From the NCBI GenBank assembly GCA_003693705.1, contig RBZT01000657.1, positions 95,252 to 159,251 of the forward strand: 64,000 bases of DNA, given 5' to 3'. A program made the position numbers and the translations under genes. This document shows, one piece after another, positions 1 to 12,900 of this stretch. A model generated the notes under the pieces. That model was not told the origin of the DNA, did not search any database, and saw nothing but the letters and a program-made list of their open reading frames with translations. Position 1 is the stretch's first letter. Each line of letters begins with the position of its first letter. This DNA comes from Polymyxa betae A26-41. Its lineage: Eukaryota > Protista > Endomyxa: Phytomyxea.

Positions 1-133
1 CAAATTTACTACAAAGTCGTAAGCACAGTCGGTAATAACAACTAAGACCATCAAAATGTATTGAAGATGAGAGAGAGAAAAATGTTTTTTGAGACAGCAG
101 ATTTCAAGCGGGGTCATAGATCGGGAGCGATTT

Positions 134-437
134 TCATATCACTGGAGAAAGAAGCCCATCATCCATCGGAATGTCATAATATTTGTGCAGATTCGTGAGC
201 CGAACCAGCTCAGATGGGTGGAAGGCGAGCTTGGACGACAGCACGACACCCAGTTTTAGGAGACATCGCAGATCCTCGTCGTCAGGTTTTCTAAAAAGTG
301 GCGAACATTTACGAACCTCGTACTCGATGAATACCATTAGAAGATCGGTGAAAAGATGCTCGTAGTATTGAAGCGAGAGTGACGCATCCGTTAACGAAGT
401 TCGCAACTACTGAATCGGTGTACTCGGGTGATCTGAA
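134..437 (-). pseudogene. Frameshifted 3' exon relic of the secreted protein gene (copy A)
   Basis: PEYTDSVVANFVNGCVTLASI / YEHLFTDLLMVFIEYE...LLKLGVVLSSKL aligns, across a frameshift, with the 61460-61725 translation. It lies downstream of the exon-1 stop. Confidence 0.65.
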
Positions 438-641
438 TACGGTCAGATCTACACTTTGTAACCACGAAAACTTTCGAGAAATGAGTGATCACGCCGTTTA
501 GAGAAAACATTAATTAAACAAAGATCGCTTTTAAATGAAAATACGTAAAATTTTCCCTCTTAGTGAAGAATACTTGAAACAAAACGATCCTGATAAAAGA
601 ATATAAAAAGCAACCTTTCCGCACGGATGAAACCTCCGCTA

Positions 642-1328
642 TTAGTAAACGTAGAACTTCAGCATTGTTCGGTAGTCAATGTCACCCGAGTCGTGCAGCG
701 ATTTCAACAGCAGCGGCCATAAACGGTAATCGCAACCATACTGACGTTCGAAGTTCTGGGTCAGTACGTCGTACCAGGCGTCGAGCGGCTCGGTTTTCGA
801 CTTGACACTCATTCGGTTCTGGACCTGTCTCTGCAACAGTTCGCGGACCAGCATGACCAGTTCGTCGGCTGCTTCCGGAGAGACATCGCTGAACCTGTGC
901 TGGGATTTTAGAGTTATAGAATGAAGGTTGTTTTGGAGTGAATACCGCCCGTTCATTATGAGCAGTACGTCTTCGTCATTGAGAGCGGCCGCCTTCTTGT
1001 ATATCTCGCTGTAGAACTCGGGCGGCAGGTTCTGGGCTTCTTCGGATTCAATACGGAATGTGGCCGCCCAGTTGTCGGCGTTTCGATCCGGCGCTGTCAG
1101 CTTGATAGATTCGACCTGGTTTGTCACGGCGCTGAACGACGATCGGCTTGCATCGATCGGCTGCGACATGATCTGTTTCGATGTGAACGCAAACAGTTGT
1201 GCATTGCTGAGAGCTGAATGAGATAACAAGGGAGCAACACCCGTAGTAGCTGGGGCCGTCAGAGTCACAGTATGAGAGCCGTTGACTACGAAGAAAACGG
1301 CTGCGAGCAGAATGATGGGATGCATCAT
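642..1328 (-). CDS. Secreted effector-like protein, 228 aa, N-terminal signal peptide, no recognisable domain
   Basis: MMHPIILLAAVFFVVNGS hydrophobic leader; intronless ORF; close paralogue at 62194-62892. Confidence 0.8.
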   Translation of the reverse strand: MMHPIILLAAVFFVVNGSHTVTLTAPATTGVAPLLSHSALSNAQLFAFTSKQIMSQPIDASRSSFSAVTNQVESIKLTAPDRNADNWAATFRIESEEAQNLPPEFYSEIYKKAAALNDEDVLLIMNGRYSLQNNLHSITLKSQHRFSDVSPEAADELVMLVRELLQRQVQNRMSVKSKTEPLDAWYDVLTQNFERQYGCDYRLWPLLLKSLHDSGDIDYRTMLKFYVY

Positions 1329-1889
1329 GGACTAATACGATATAATAGAACGATGTAAGTGAGAGGGAACCCACTCAGGGTGTTGAGTTTGAACACTGAC
1401 AACAGAATGAACAATTTATGGGTCTAAAACGAGCTCAAATACCGGTTCGGGTGTGTATAATTATGAATCTGCCGTAATAGCTGGGATGTTCGTACGTGCT
1501 ACTGAAGGATAGCACCTGGTCGGCTTTTTAAATGATGCATCACGACCCGGCTAAATTTAGGACTTCCAGTGGCCTTTTAGACTTGTAATAGACTGTCCAG
1601 TGGACATTGAGCTTTTCGCTACCGTAGAGTCCTCCTTCTCTATAACGACACAGGCGGAGTTTTCGTAAAGACATTGTCGTTATAGCAGCCAAGAGCATGT
1701 TTATCCGGGCGGACGCAGTTAGTATCGTCATCATGATCGATATTACCTACAGACGGTACTAATAACAACGATAACGATAACTAACATGCTCTAACGGGTT
1801 ATGACCTATGGCCATTTGCATGTATTCACTCGCAGCAGTTATTGCACCGCATCGTTTTTTAGATGTATTTCTCGAATAGATCCAAAAAT

Positions 1890-2400
1890 TCAAGCTTTAC
1901 AAATGTCATGAAGTTCTTCTGGCAGTTCTTGGGGGTTATCCCGAAAAGTGCTTAAATAATCTGATTCTGTACTTCCTAACAATGCCAGAAATTGTCGAGC
2001 GGCAGATTTGATAACACAATCTTTCAGAAACCAGCTCTGCGATTCTAGTTTTTTTCTCTGTAATGTTGTCATTGTATACTCGACAAAGTTGCTGTTTCTC
2101 GGCTATCCGAACGACTCTCTCTTTTTAAAAGGAGTTGGGACCATGAGATAAAAGGGGCCTAGGCGCCAGACGCAATGCCAACCCTCCCAGCTGGCTAGTC
2201 TAAGGGTGACGAGGCAGAAAATCAAGTTTGTATTGTTGAGGATCGAGATGAGAATCAAAGAGCCCCATTAGAATCTCATCTTCCTCATTACTATCGTCAG
2301 TGAAAGATGCACAAAGCCTGAGAGGAATATCTCTTCGATCGATTGGCCAATTTGTATAAAGATGGAGTTTATTGCATTCTCCGATTCGAAAGTGCAATCA
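1890..2400 (-). mobile_element. Possible decayed non-LTR retrotransposon (CRE/SLACS-like) post-RT fragment
   Basis: Broken frames ...DFLPRHP*TSQLGGLALR... and QRKKLESQ...ARQFLALLGSTESDYLSTF resemble the 'LP...GGLGLR' and 'ar.l.s......awL.alP' blocks of CRE-clade ORFs. Confidence 0.35.
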
Positions 2401-2891
2401 AAAAGCGGCGTTATCTCGAAGAGCCCAACGCCCTAATCAGTGTCATTATGCACAATCGATACCTTCATAATTAGAGCTCGTTACTTCCAGACCTGAAAGC
2501 AGACCATCTTTCACATCAAACTTGTGAGTTGTGACCAGTTTCCGCGAAAAATGCGAGTTTTTTTTGCCAGGATAGAGGGGTCCGTTCATAAAAGCATTTG
2601 TTTATCACTTATAAAACGGTACTTTCCGACATTTTGCAACAGTACGCAAGGTTACTTCTTTGAGTTTTTTCCGAACGGACAGAAAGCTCTTGAGTACAGT
2701 AGGTAGGCCCATCTGCCTGTAACATGATGGCTGTATTGGTGGGCCTCCTAGCCTTGCTCCTCTGTGTTGTGGTGTCTAGCCTTAGGCTGTGGTGTACCCC
2801 TCGTGTTTTTATTCCTTAGAAAATTTGCAGATCACTTTGTAAACCCTGTCATAATGTACATGGTTTAGCTTGATGTCGAGAGCGCCAGTGA

Positions 2892-4704
2892 ATGATTGTC
2901 ATACACGATAGTGAACAGCCCCTGATCGCCTCTGGCTCTTATCAAGTGATGCCTGATTCCCTAACTGAATCACACTGGCATCAGGACCCGACGATCAGGA
3001 GGAATTTCAGATGGGCGCTAAACTGGTTCTACTTCACTCTCGGAATCAATCTTGCTCTTCCTGTATGCCAGATTCCAGATCTAGTATCTAGTTTATACTG
3101 AGGACACCTTACAGGTGTTGCCCACCAAGATGATTTTAATGGACGAACTGAGATGTTCGCCTGCAACAATGGCTTTTGTCATGAGTTGGCTGAATATACC
3201 TTGGAGCATCAAACCGCTTTATGGATTTATTTCGGATTCAATGCCCATTCGAGGATATCGTCGTGGTCCTTACCTAAGTCTCGGATTGATTATAAACGGA
3301 TTGGCCTGGGCTATGCTTTGGTATGTTGGAGCATCGCTGGGATTCTATAACGTCTTCGCTTGGTTATTCTTATCATCACTTAGTTTGGTATAACGTCATC
3401 TTCCAATGGCTTTATTATATCTGACTACCTGCTTAGGTCATTGCAGATGCTGCAATCGATTCACTGATTGTTGATACTGTCCAGTTAGAGAGCAACAGCG
3501 AGTTGGGAGAATTGCAATCGGAGGTCTGGATATCAAGATCACTTGGCAGTTTGTTGGCTGCTCTATTCGCCGGCATCGCTATGGACCATCTGAAGATGAC
3601 GTCCGAGGTTGCTTTTTGTACACGTTTCTGTCATATATTTACCTTTGATAAAGGGTTTGTTTGGCATCGCAGCCGCCTGCGCTTTTTCGGGATTAATCGC
3701 TGTTCAATATGTTTATGAAGACAAAATTGACTTCAGGATTTATCAACGTCCTCGTGACATTATGAGGGCGCGATTTCGTGATCTACTGCAGTTTTGGTCA
3801 AAGGACACGATTTGGAAAACTTGTTTATTTGTGCTGCTGTTTTCAGCATCTCCGACCAGCGGCGATGTTATTTTCTATTTCATGAGGTCGGTGTAAAGAT
3901 TTCGATATCGGTGGTTCATTAGTTTATCTAAAGGAATTCATTGGGATTCTCGTTGTCGTTTCTCGGTGTGCTGACGATTGCGGGTTATGCATCATACATA
4001 GTCGGCTCATGGCTCTACCGTGACCACCTTCGTGACCTTCCTTTCCGTACTCTTTTCAAAGGCACGATCTGGGTCGCATTCTTTGTAGGAATGACTACGG
4101 TTGTTTTAGTTAGAAGGTAGGTCAGCTGCCCAGCTTGCTGTGTTTCGACAAACTAAGTGATCTCAGATGGAATTTGATAGTGTATGTCCCCGATCATGCT
4201 TTCGTGTTTGGAGACACCGTTTTCTTGGCCGTCTGCGCGTATGACCATGGATTATGTCTACCTTCTTGTTTGTGATTCTTGATGATAGTCAAATCGCATT
4301 CATGCCTATCATCGTGTTGGCAGCAAAGATGGCGCCAAAAGGAGCTGAAGGAACCATCTATAACTCTGTCATATCTGTGTCCAACTTGGGCAGTGTGATC
4401 AGTGAGTTCTCGGGCGGTATCTTGACCAAAATGCTGGGTGTCAGAGAGGATAATTTTGAGGTATACTGTCAGAGCTATAAATGGCGCCTGTATTCAGTTG
4501 ACACAGAATCTCTGGAAACTGGTCTTGATTTGCAATTTGACGACTCTGTTGCCGCTTCCATTTCTGCGAATGCTACCTGAAATCAGAGACTTACTAAAGC
4601 CTGAGCGGGTCGTTTCTACCGCACCCGCTTCTGAAGACGATATGGATGCAGACAACGGCAATGAGTTAGAAAAAAAGCCGACCGAGTTAACCCACCTACT
4701 GTAA
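2892..4704 (+). CDS. Folate-biopterin transporter (BT1/FBT family, MFS), multi-exon
   Basis: PWSIKPLYGFISDS.PI.GYRR.PYL and FMPIIVLAAK.AP.G.EGT signatures; short GT-AG introns. Confidence 0.9.
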
Positions 4705-4724
4705 TACTGTACAAGGAAATAAAT

Positions 4725-6588
4725 TTATCTATCTTGAGCCGACTCATGGTCTTCTTCGTGCTCGCTGTTGTCAAAAATAGGAACGGGCTGGGTTTCTGCA
4801 TAAGCCCTTCCAAAGAACATAGGATCCTTTTCAGCCGCCTCAGCCATTTTGAGAATAGCTTCGCGAGGATCCTCCTCTCTTGCTTCATCCTTAACCACAT
4901 TCGCCAAAAGATATTTCGAGTGCGTTGAGGGAAACGCTCCTTGTTTCTTACTCGGTAACTCCGGAATTCTGCCTTTCCTCGAATCCAGCGAATCTTTTTC
5001 TCGTTGCCTCTTTTTGCTTGGTCCGCTTTCACCGATAACATGTGGAACGACGATACGATGGAAGTCCATGGGGTCTTTCTTTTTAGGCTTTTTGCCTGCG
5101 CAAAGTAAAGCACCTTTAGTGCTCATAGTAGGATTATAAAGAACATGGACATTGAAATCTGAACATCCAACCGCAATTTGATTGATCGATTCGTTCCAAA
5201 CCGCTCTGATTGCAGCTCCATCAGAAATGAAAACCGTCTGAACAATCTCCAGATTGACCCTGTCAATAAAGACTAAACTTCCTTTTCCTTCCCCACGTTT
5301 TGCAGAGACACAGCCTATAATCAATTTCTCATCAGGCGACAGAATCACGTCAGTTTCGGGAAAGATATTTAGCAGATTGTCAAACGACTTCAGAACAGAT
5401 TTGGGGTTTCGAAGATCCCAAACTTTGATGGTATTGTCACCACCACGACTTATTAGCTGATTACAATCACCAGAGAAAACCAAACGAGACGTAGTAGTTC
5501 CTGCTTCATGAGCATTCGGAATGTAGATATCGGGCCTGATGAACCTCGCATTGTTGCGCCAGATCTGCAGCGATCCATCGTTACAAGATGCAGAAAGGAA
5601 CTTTCCATCTTTTGAAACCGCGCACGATGTAACAGGTAAACGGCCGCGAATCGCTTTCACTTTGATGACATCGCGACATTTGGCGGTTTTATTCACATCC
5701 CAAACCCGAACAGTGCCGTCACCTGATCCTGTTATAAACATATTCGGATCGGTCGGCAACCACTGTCCACCTAATGAAGATGTCAAGTACGACTGGAATT
5801 GATTGAAATGGTATCATACCGACACAGCCACAAACATGACCTGCAGTGTTCTTCATATCACGAAGATACATATCACCGCGGGCAAATTCAGCAACGCGTT
5901 TCCCATCACGATCGTATATTAGCGGTCGTGACGAAGCCGTTATGACCAAGACTCGATTTGGCGATGGTGAGCTATATTCCAGATTGACAACTTGGTGGCC
6001 TTCATCGGCTTCGACTTCGCGAAACGCACGTGCACGCCGATCCATTCCGTTGAAATCCCAGAGGCGCAGCATGTAATCGTAACCGCCCGAAATCAGACGG
6101 GAGCCGGCTCGGTCCAAGGTCATACTCGATACAGCTTTAGTATGTCCCCTCATGGTGATCTGATGCGAAATGGGGATTTTGTACTCGTCAATAATGGTAT
6201 TATCGATGGTTAAATCAGCCGCAATGCTGTGGTTCTGATTGACAGATGGCGGTAAGGCTGGACCGAAATCGTCATCATCTTCGTCCTTGGCAAGGTTTCG
6301 TTTAGAAGGCGGCAATGCTGGATCAAAATCATCATCATCATCAGCTGGAGTAGTTGCTAGTGAGCTATGTGATGGGACGGCAGGGATCTGGAAATCTGCA
6401 AACTTCGCTGGACCCATCGAGACTGAATGCTTGTCTACAGGAGTATGGGGCTGAGAAGATGCAAGACCGAAATTAGCCCGCGACGAGTTTTCATTTGATG
6501 GTGGAGACGGCCGGGGCATTGGCCGATCCTCAGCGTATCCTCTGGAGCGACGAAGCCGTCGCATCTCTTCAAGATCATCGTCATCCAT
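4725..6588 (-). CDS. WDR70: WD40 repeat protein WDR70/GAD-1, 2 exons
   Basis: HTKAVSS...GSRLISGGYDY..RLWDFNGMD, RGDMYLRDMKNT.GHV, C-terminal EDPREAILK; intron GTATGA...TTAG at ~5771-5819. Confidence 0.92.
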
Positions 6589-7021
6589 ATCAACAAACTT
6601 TCTGTATGACGCACAAAAATAACCTTAAGTTTTCTACGGTGATATTCTGACAATCATGGCAATTATGAACTTTAAAAAGTTGCATGACAAATACAAGGCA
6701 CTTTCAGGAAACTATATGAGCTCAGTTCGGCTGTTTTTGACTAACTTTGTCACTTTAAATTTGGATAAGGCTCTTCGACGCCCCCGCTAATCTTCTTACG
6801 ACAGCTGGATGCTTTAAAAGTCTTATTTACCATCTGGTAAAGATAACCTTACACTAGCCTGAAAGAAGATCAATTTCCGGTCTCCTGATCGCTCTATACC
6901 TAATGGATAATTGCATACTGCGCTTGCCGAGACCGAGTGTGTAACATTTCGGTGCGACATTTAACTACGCCTGAAAAAGTAGTACAGAGTGGGCCGGGGA
7001 CGGGGTCGCCATTTCTTACTC

Positions 7022-8351
7022 ATGAGGAATGCATTATTACGACGGGCTCTGGCATCAATTCAGAATGAGATCACAGCCGCCGGTCCTGTGATTGCTCTGG
7101 GTTCGGCCCCGGCCACCCACGTTCAATTGCAGGATCGATTTGCGGCAGCACGGTCGGTTTTCACTCAATCGCCGATCGCCTCCGTCCAGCGTCGCGTTGA
7201 TCATATCATCCACGATTTACTGGCGGCTGTGGATAGCAACCTTCCAATGCTCAATTCGATTTCGTCCCTGCTGTTTGAGAGTTCTGCTGCAAAACGGATT
7301 CGCCCGTCGCTGTGTCTGCTGATGTCAAATGCCTTGTATGAGATTCGGGTTCTTAAAATTATGATTGGAATTTACATTCTCGTTAAGAAATCCTCAACTA
7401 GCCCCCGAGCCGGATACGCCGATTACAAATGTTGACATAATTGCTCAAATATCTGAGATGATTCACGTAGCAAGTTTATTACATGACGATGTGTTGGATG
7501 GAGCAAAAACCCGACGACAACGCCCTACTGCAAATGCAACTTTTGGTACCAAAAGGTTTTCTCTTCGCTTGACTGCCGTACTAAGTTTTACTTTTTAAGG
7601 AAATAAGGCATCGATTCTCTGTGGAGATTTTATCCTTGCTCGTTCTTCTTCGTTGCTTGCATCTCTGGGATCCTGTGAAGCCGTTTCAATAATGACGAAG
7701 ATCATATCTGACTTGGTATTGATATTTAGTGTCGTGCTTACTGAATGCTCAATGCATCCGTAGGTATCTGGCGAGATCATGCAAATGAGACCGATGAATG
7801 TTGGCTCGATTGGAGATCGAATTAACTACTACATGTCGAAATCGTATCACAAGACTGCATCATTAATGTCGAACTCCTGCAAAACAATCGCCTGCATCCG
7901 CGGCCATTCCCCCGAAATGCAAACGGCTGCTGAGGATTATGGCAAATTTCTTGGGCTTTGCTTCCAGATTACTGACGACTTGCTGGACATCGTATCTGAT
8001 TGTGAAACGCTTGGCAAAAATGCAAGAATAGATTTGGCCTCTGGAGTTGCTACAGCGCCAGTTTTGTTTGCTGCAGAGCAATTTCCGCAATTAGACAAAA
8101 TTCTGGAAAGAAAATTCAGTAATCCAGGAGATGTTGAAGAAACTATGGAGCTCGTTTTTAAATCCAACGGTATGTTTCGCCCACCTGCATTGTATGACAT
8201 CTGAATCACGCCTTTAGGTATTGACATGACCAGAGAATTGATTAATTCTCTGGCAGGCATTGCAGTAGAATCGTTGGAGTCGTTTCCGGAATCACCACAC
8301 CGGGAAGCATTATGCATCTTAATTCAAGACGTTATAAACAGGAAGTCTTAA
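7022..8351 (+). CDS. COQ1: Long-chain trans-prenyl diphosphate synthase (solanesyl/decaprenyl, Coq1/PDSS1-like)
   Basis: KRIRP, EMIHVASLLHDDVLD (FARM), KTASL, FQITDDLLD (SARM); Arg-rich presequence-like N-terminus. Confidence 0.88.
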
Positions 8352-8578
8352 ATGTATATTCCACAACATCATGGCCAAGGATGGAAGCATAAGAGTTTCG
8401 CAAGTTATGATTTTGAGGAATGTTTTGCTTCATATTTTGTACTATAACATATCCTTAGAATAGAAATTTTCATTTCTACGTCATTCACAACGCTACGTTT
8501 GAGCTTGTAACCCTGATTATGGTTTTCGTATTCTTGTGAAGGAATGACCATGAACATCTAAGAATCTGATAATCTTTA

Positions 8579-9500
8579 TCACCATCCATATTTGGCCTTG
8601 GCCATACGCCTCCTATCTTGTCCAACTGAGGCTTGCTGCCGAATTGATTCTTCCATCAGAGCGGCAGTGGTTGCCATGCTATTGATATGATGACGCCTTG
8701 ATTGATTAAATGTTGCCTGTGCTGTTGATAACAGCTGTCCTTGCTTCGACGTCCTATAACCAGTAAATCAGACGTTTTCCTGTGACAGTTTCAAAATAAT
8801 TTTACCATAGACCGGCTGCAATTTCTGCTTGGATTAATTCACCTCGAGAGGCGTTAAGAGGATCAACAGGACGACTGAGTTCGAATCGTCGTAGATCGTC
8901 TTGGCTAAGCTCCATAATGTTGCCTTTCCGAAGGCCGGCGACCCAATCATGTGGAAGATCTTCGACCATTCCAGAATTGGAGACATCGACATCCCCATTA
9001 ACTTTTAGTCCAGGCGGTGGGACTAACCCTGGAGGGGGAGGGACAATACGACCTCGAAACATGATATGAGGTAAAGGAGGTGGTTCATAATCGGGGATGG
9101 CTGATGGACCTTGCACTTCATCAACTAATAAAAGCTGTGGTGTCTCTGCAGCATGATTTGCTGTCGACTCTGTGTTGTTCTTTTCGCGATTTTGGCCGAT
9201 TCCAGTTTCATTGGACGTTTTGGATTGATAGTCTCCATTTGTATCTGCTGGTTTTAAGGTATCGTTCCGTGTTTCTGTGTTTTCTTCTGTTTTAGAAACA
9301 ATAGGCAGCCGGCGGCGCTTGGCGTTTTTCGGAGCCGGTAAAGAAGTTAATCCGAGTGAGACCGGTTGTGAACTTGATATGGGATTCTCTATTTCTTCAT
9401 GTAGAGAGGTTGAAGAATCCCGCTCTACAGGCAGAGCTACTGGTCCTAAGGCATCACTATGTTCTTCGTCCGAGTCGTAATACTGAACCAAAGAGTTCAT
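8579..9500 (-). CDS. PRCC: Proline-rich protein PRCC homologue, 2 exons
   Basis: MNSLVQYYDSDEE N-terminus and Pro-rich core. The last exon (8579-~8755), translated by hand, gives RRHHINSM...RRRMAKAKYGW*, the PRCC C-terminal signature. Confidence 0.85.
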
Positions 9501-9931
9501 CGTGATGGCAAATATTACTATAGTGATGTAGCTAGTTTTGCTGAACTACAATAAAGCGACTGTACGCACATTTTTCAATTTTTTCCCTTTATTTTGCTAT
9601 CAGTTTGACAAATGAGATCCAATATCTGTGAGCACTCGAATGAGTAGAGTCGCTCGGTTTCCAGAAAGATTATCCTCGTTCGTGTTGTAGTGGAGTGTCC
9701 AAGAGCTTGAGATCTTTGCATGTCTTAACGAACAACCACTGATTTCAGCGATGGTTTTGGTTCGGGTTTCTGTCGGCTCGGTTGATGAAGCATGGCAAAA
9801 CAGTATTCGTAATAAACAACGAGTACTGTGACGTCATGCTCATGATTACATCAGATTGGAAAATTCATGTCGGTGACCACGATCGTAGTTTAATCTGCGA
9901 TTAACGAAAATCTCGCCGCCTTCGTTGCTGT

Positions 9932-12900
9932 ATGCCGCAACCTCAACAACAGCCTCAGGCCCAGGTTGTAGAAGTAACTGCACCGGGATGGGTCGAAGGG
10001 CGGCAGGATCACACATCAGATCACGATGAGGTTGCAGGAAGGACGGCGAGACAGCAGCGGGTTATTGGTACTCAGTATTCGTCAGCTGGGCGGATGGCTA
10101 CAGGGGTCGATTCAGGCGAGAAACTTCGACGAGTCGAAATCATGAACTCGGCAACAAATTTATCGCAGAAGTAGTGATATTTGAAATCCAGATTAGAATG
10201 TGACATGATTCGTGTTTTAGATTCTGTAATAATACTGTTATTACCTCCAAGTATACATTATTGAACTTTATCCCAAAATGTCTGTTCGAGCAGTTTCGGC
10301 GAGTGGCCAATGTATATTTCTTGATCATTTCGTTGCTGCAGGTGCGGCGCTATAGCAATGGATGTTACGACTGTTTCGTTGAACGTTCTGCAGGTTGGAA
10401 CAGATTTATCACCAACCAGCAAATATGCAACAATTGTCCCGCTGATGGGCGTCGTTAGCGTCACAATGATTAAAGAGGCTTTCGAAGATTACGTAATTCA
10501 GCGTCAAGCTGATATCCTCCATTCTTACTAAAGTGTTTCTATAGCAACGCCACATTGCTGATAAACATGTTAACTCCAATGTTGCTAAAGTTGTCGATAA
10601 AGACGGCAGCATGCTGGATGTTGCATGGCGCGATGTTCGTGTTGGCGACATTATCGAATTGAACGATGGCGATGGAATCTGCTGCGATGGAATCTTATTA
10701 TCATCTTCACAAGAACAGGGTTTGGCGTATGTTGAAACTGCCATGCTGGATGGGGAGGTACGTCTCTTAAAATCACACAAAACTCTCATTGACTCTAATC
10801 AAAGACAAATCTCAAAGTTCGCGAATCGATCTGGCAGACGTCCTCATTACGAGCACCACGAGCGTTATCGAAAGTTCGAGGAAGTCTTCAATGTGAACTT
10901 CCCAATGCCAATATGTATCGATTTCGTGGGACTCTTCAAATTCAGACATTGAACGTCGAAGATCCATCTCAGACATCTCTGGCTCCAGTCCCGATCGGGT
11001 TGCAAAACTTTCTGCTTCGAGGCAGTTTTCTTCGAAATGTCAATCTAGCCTATATGCTCGTTGCATATACTGGCGATGATACCAAACAAGTTCGAAATAC
11101 TCGAGCAACACCATCGAAGCGCAGCAATATTGATCGATTAATTAATTCGACCATCTTCCTGGTATTTCTGACCCTGTTAGCTATGTGCACTATCAGTACT
11201 GTATTGTTCTCATCCTGGGTCTCGAAACATTCTTCTGAGTACTCTGTTTGGTATCTGCCCTTTGTTGCTGCAAACGACATGAAAAGCAAACTGACCTCAT
11301 TTATCACATTCTTGATCTTGTACAACAATCTGGTTCCAATCTCGCTTTATGTCACACTAGAGCTGGTTAAGCTAGTTCAAGCCAAATTGATTGAAAGCGA
11401 CATTCGAATGTTCTACAGCGCCAAGAAGATGACTGCAAGAGCGAGGACGTCGAATTTGAATGAGGATTTGGGCCAGATCGATCATATATTTAGTGACAAA
11501 ACTGGAACATTAACCTGCAATGAGATGATATTCCGCCTCTGCTCTGTCAATGGTGCTGTTTACGAAGCAATCAGTAATCGGCAGTCCAGCTTACAAGCAG
11601 TTGAAGGTGTTAAAGTACATGGTGGAGAGGAACTTCTGGAGATTCTCACATCGGGATATGCTGACAGTATTGAGCAAAAGTTCTTGTCTTGTATGGCGAT
11701 CTGTAATACCGTTCTACCAGAGATTGTCAAGGTTGGAATTTGAGAGCCTTGAAGCAAACTGTCTCAATCGTTTGCTGTAGATTAAAGGTCGTTTAGCGAC
11801 AAGATGGCAGGCGTCGTCACCTGATGAAGAGGCTCTTGTCATTGGTGCAATCGGATTTGTATGCGAACGGATTGAGATGTTGGTTTGTGCGATTAATGCA
11901 TTTATTAGGGATATCGGCTACTTCGTAGAGAGCAGGGTCAAGTGGTTATTCAAGTTGGACAGAGAGATACTAAACCTACCGACCTCAAGTACTTTGTATT
12001 GAACGTCAATGAATTCACATCACAACGTAAATGTATGTCGGTGATTGTGAAGACACCCGATGGAGATGTCGTGCTTTATTGTAAAGGAGCTGATGATGCT
12101 ATCTTGAACAAATTGAAATCTGGGCAGGAGGCCAGTATTCACACTCTGAAGAAACATTTGCATCGATTTGCTGTCAAAGGCCTTCGAACGCTGGTATTAG
12201 CTCAAGCTGCTCTGGATCCAGCTCTGTATACAGAATGGAATGAAAAGTATCAGCAGGCACACAATTCCATATCGGACGATAAAGACGAGATTCTCGAGTC
12301 GCTGTCAGCAGAGATCGAATCGAACTTAACACTGTTAGGTGCAACAGGTATTGAAGATCGTCTACAGAATGGAGTTCCTGAAGCTATTCAATTACTGCTG
12401 GAAGCCAATATTAAAGTCTGGGTTCTGACAGGAGATAAAGTCGAGACTGCTATCAATATTGGAAAATCATCCACCATGATAACTAATGATATGAAGATTT
12501 TGAGGTTCGCAACCGATCAAGAAGCTGAGATTGACAGTGCCTTAAAAAAATGTGAAAGCGAGGCGAGGAATGCGAATAGGCATAAAGTCCCTTTAGCTAT
12601 GGTTGTTGATGGGTTGGTCTCTGATCACTGATTCATTCCCTGGCCTAACTGGATCTCAGGAAGGCGTTATCGCTGATAGTTGACAATGACGAAAGATCGA
12701 AAGCATTCGTTGAGATCTGCAATCTTTGTAAAACAGTGATTGCATGTAGAACGAGCCCTCGTCAGAAAGCTGGCATTGTAGCGATGGTCAAAAAGTTCAT
12801 TCAACCTGAACCGATGACATTGGCTATTGGTGATGGAGCGAATGATATCGGAATGTTACAAGAAGCGCATGTTGGAGTTGGAATATCTGGCAATGAAGGC

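Larger units (their letters stand above)
1..1570. repeat. Segmental direct repeat, copy A (secreted-protein locus); partner at 61301-63130
   Basis: 1-40 'caaatttactacaaagtcgtaagcacagtc' matches 61301 'caaatttgctacaaagccgtaagcagagtc'. Homology is traceable to 'cggctaaatttag(g/a)acttccag' at ~1547 and ~63107. It may extend left of the window. Confidence 0.95.
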
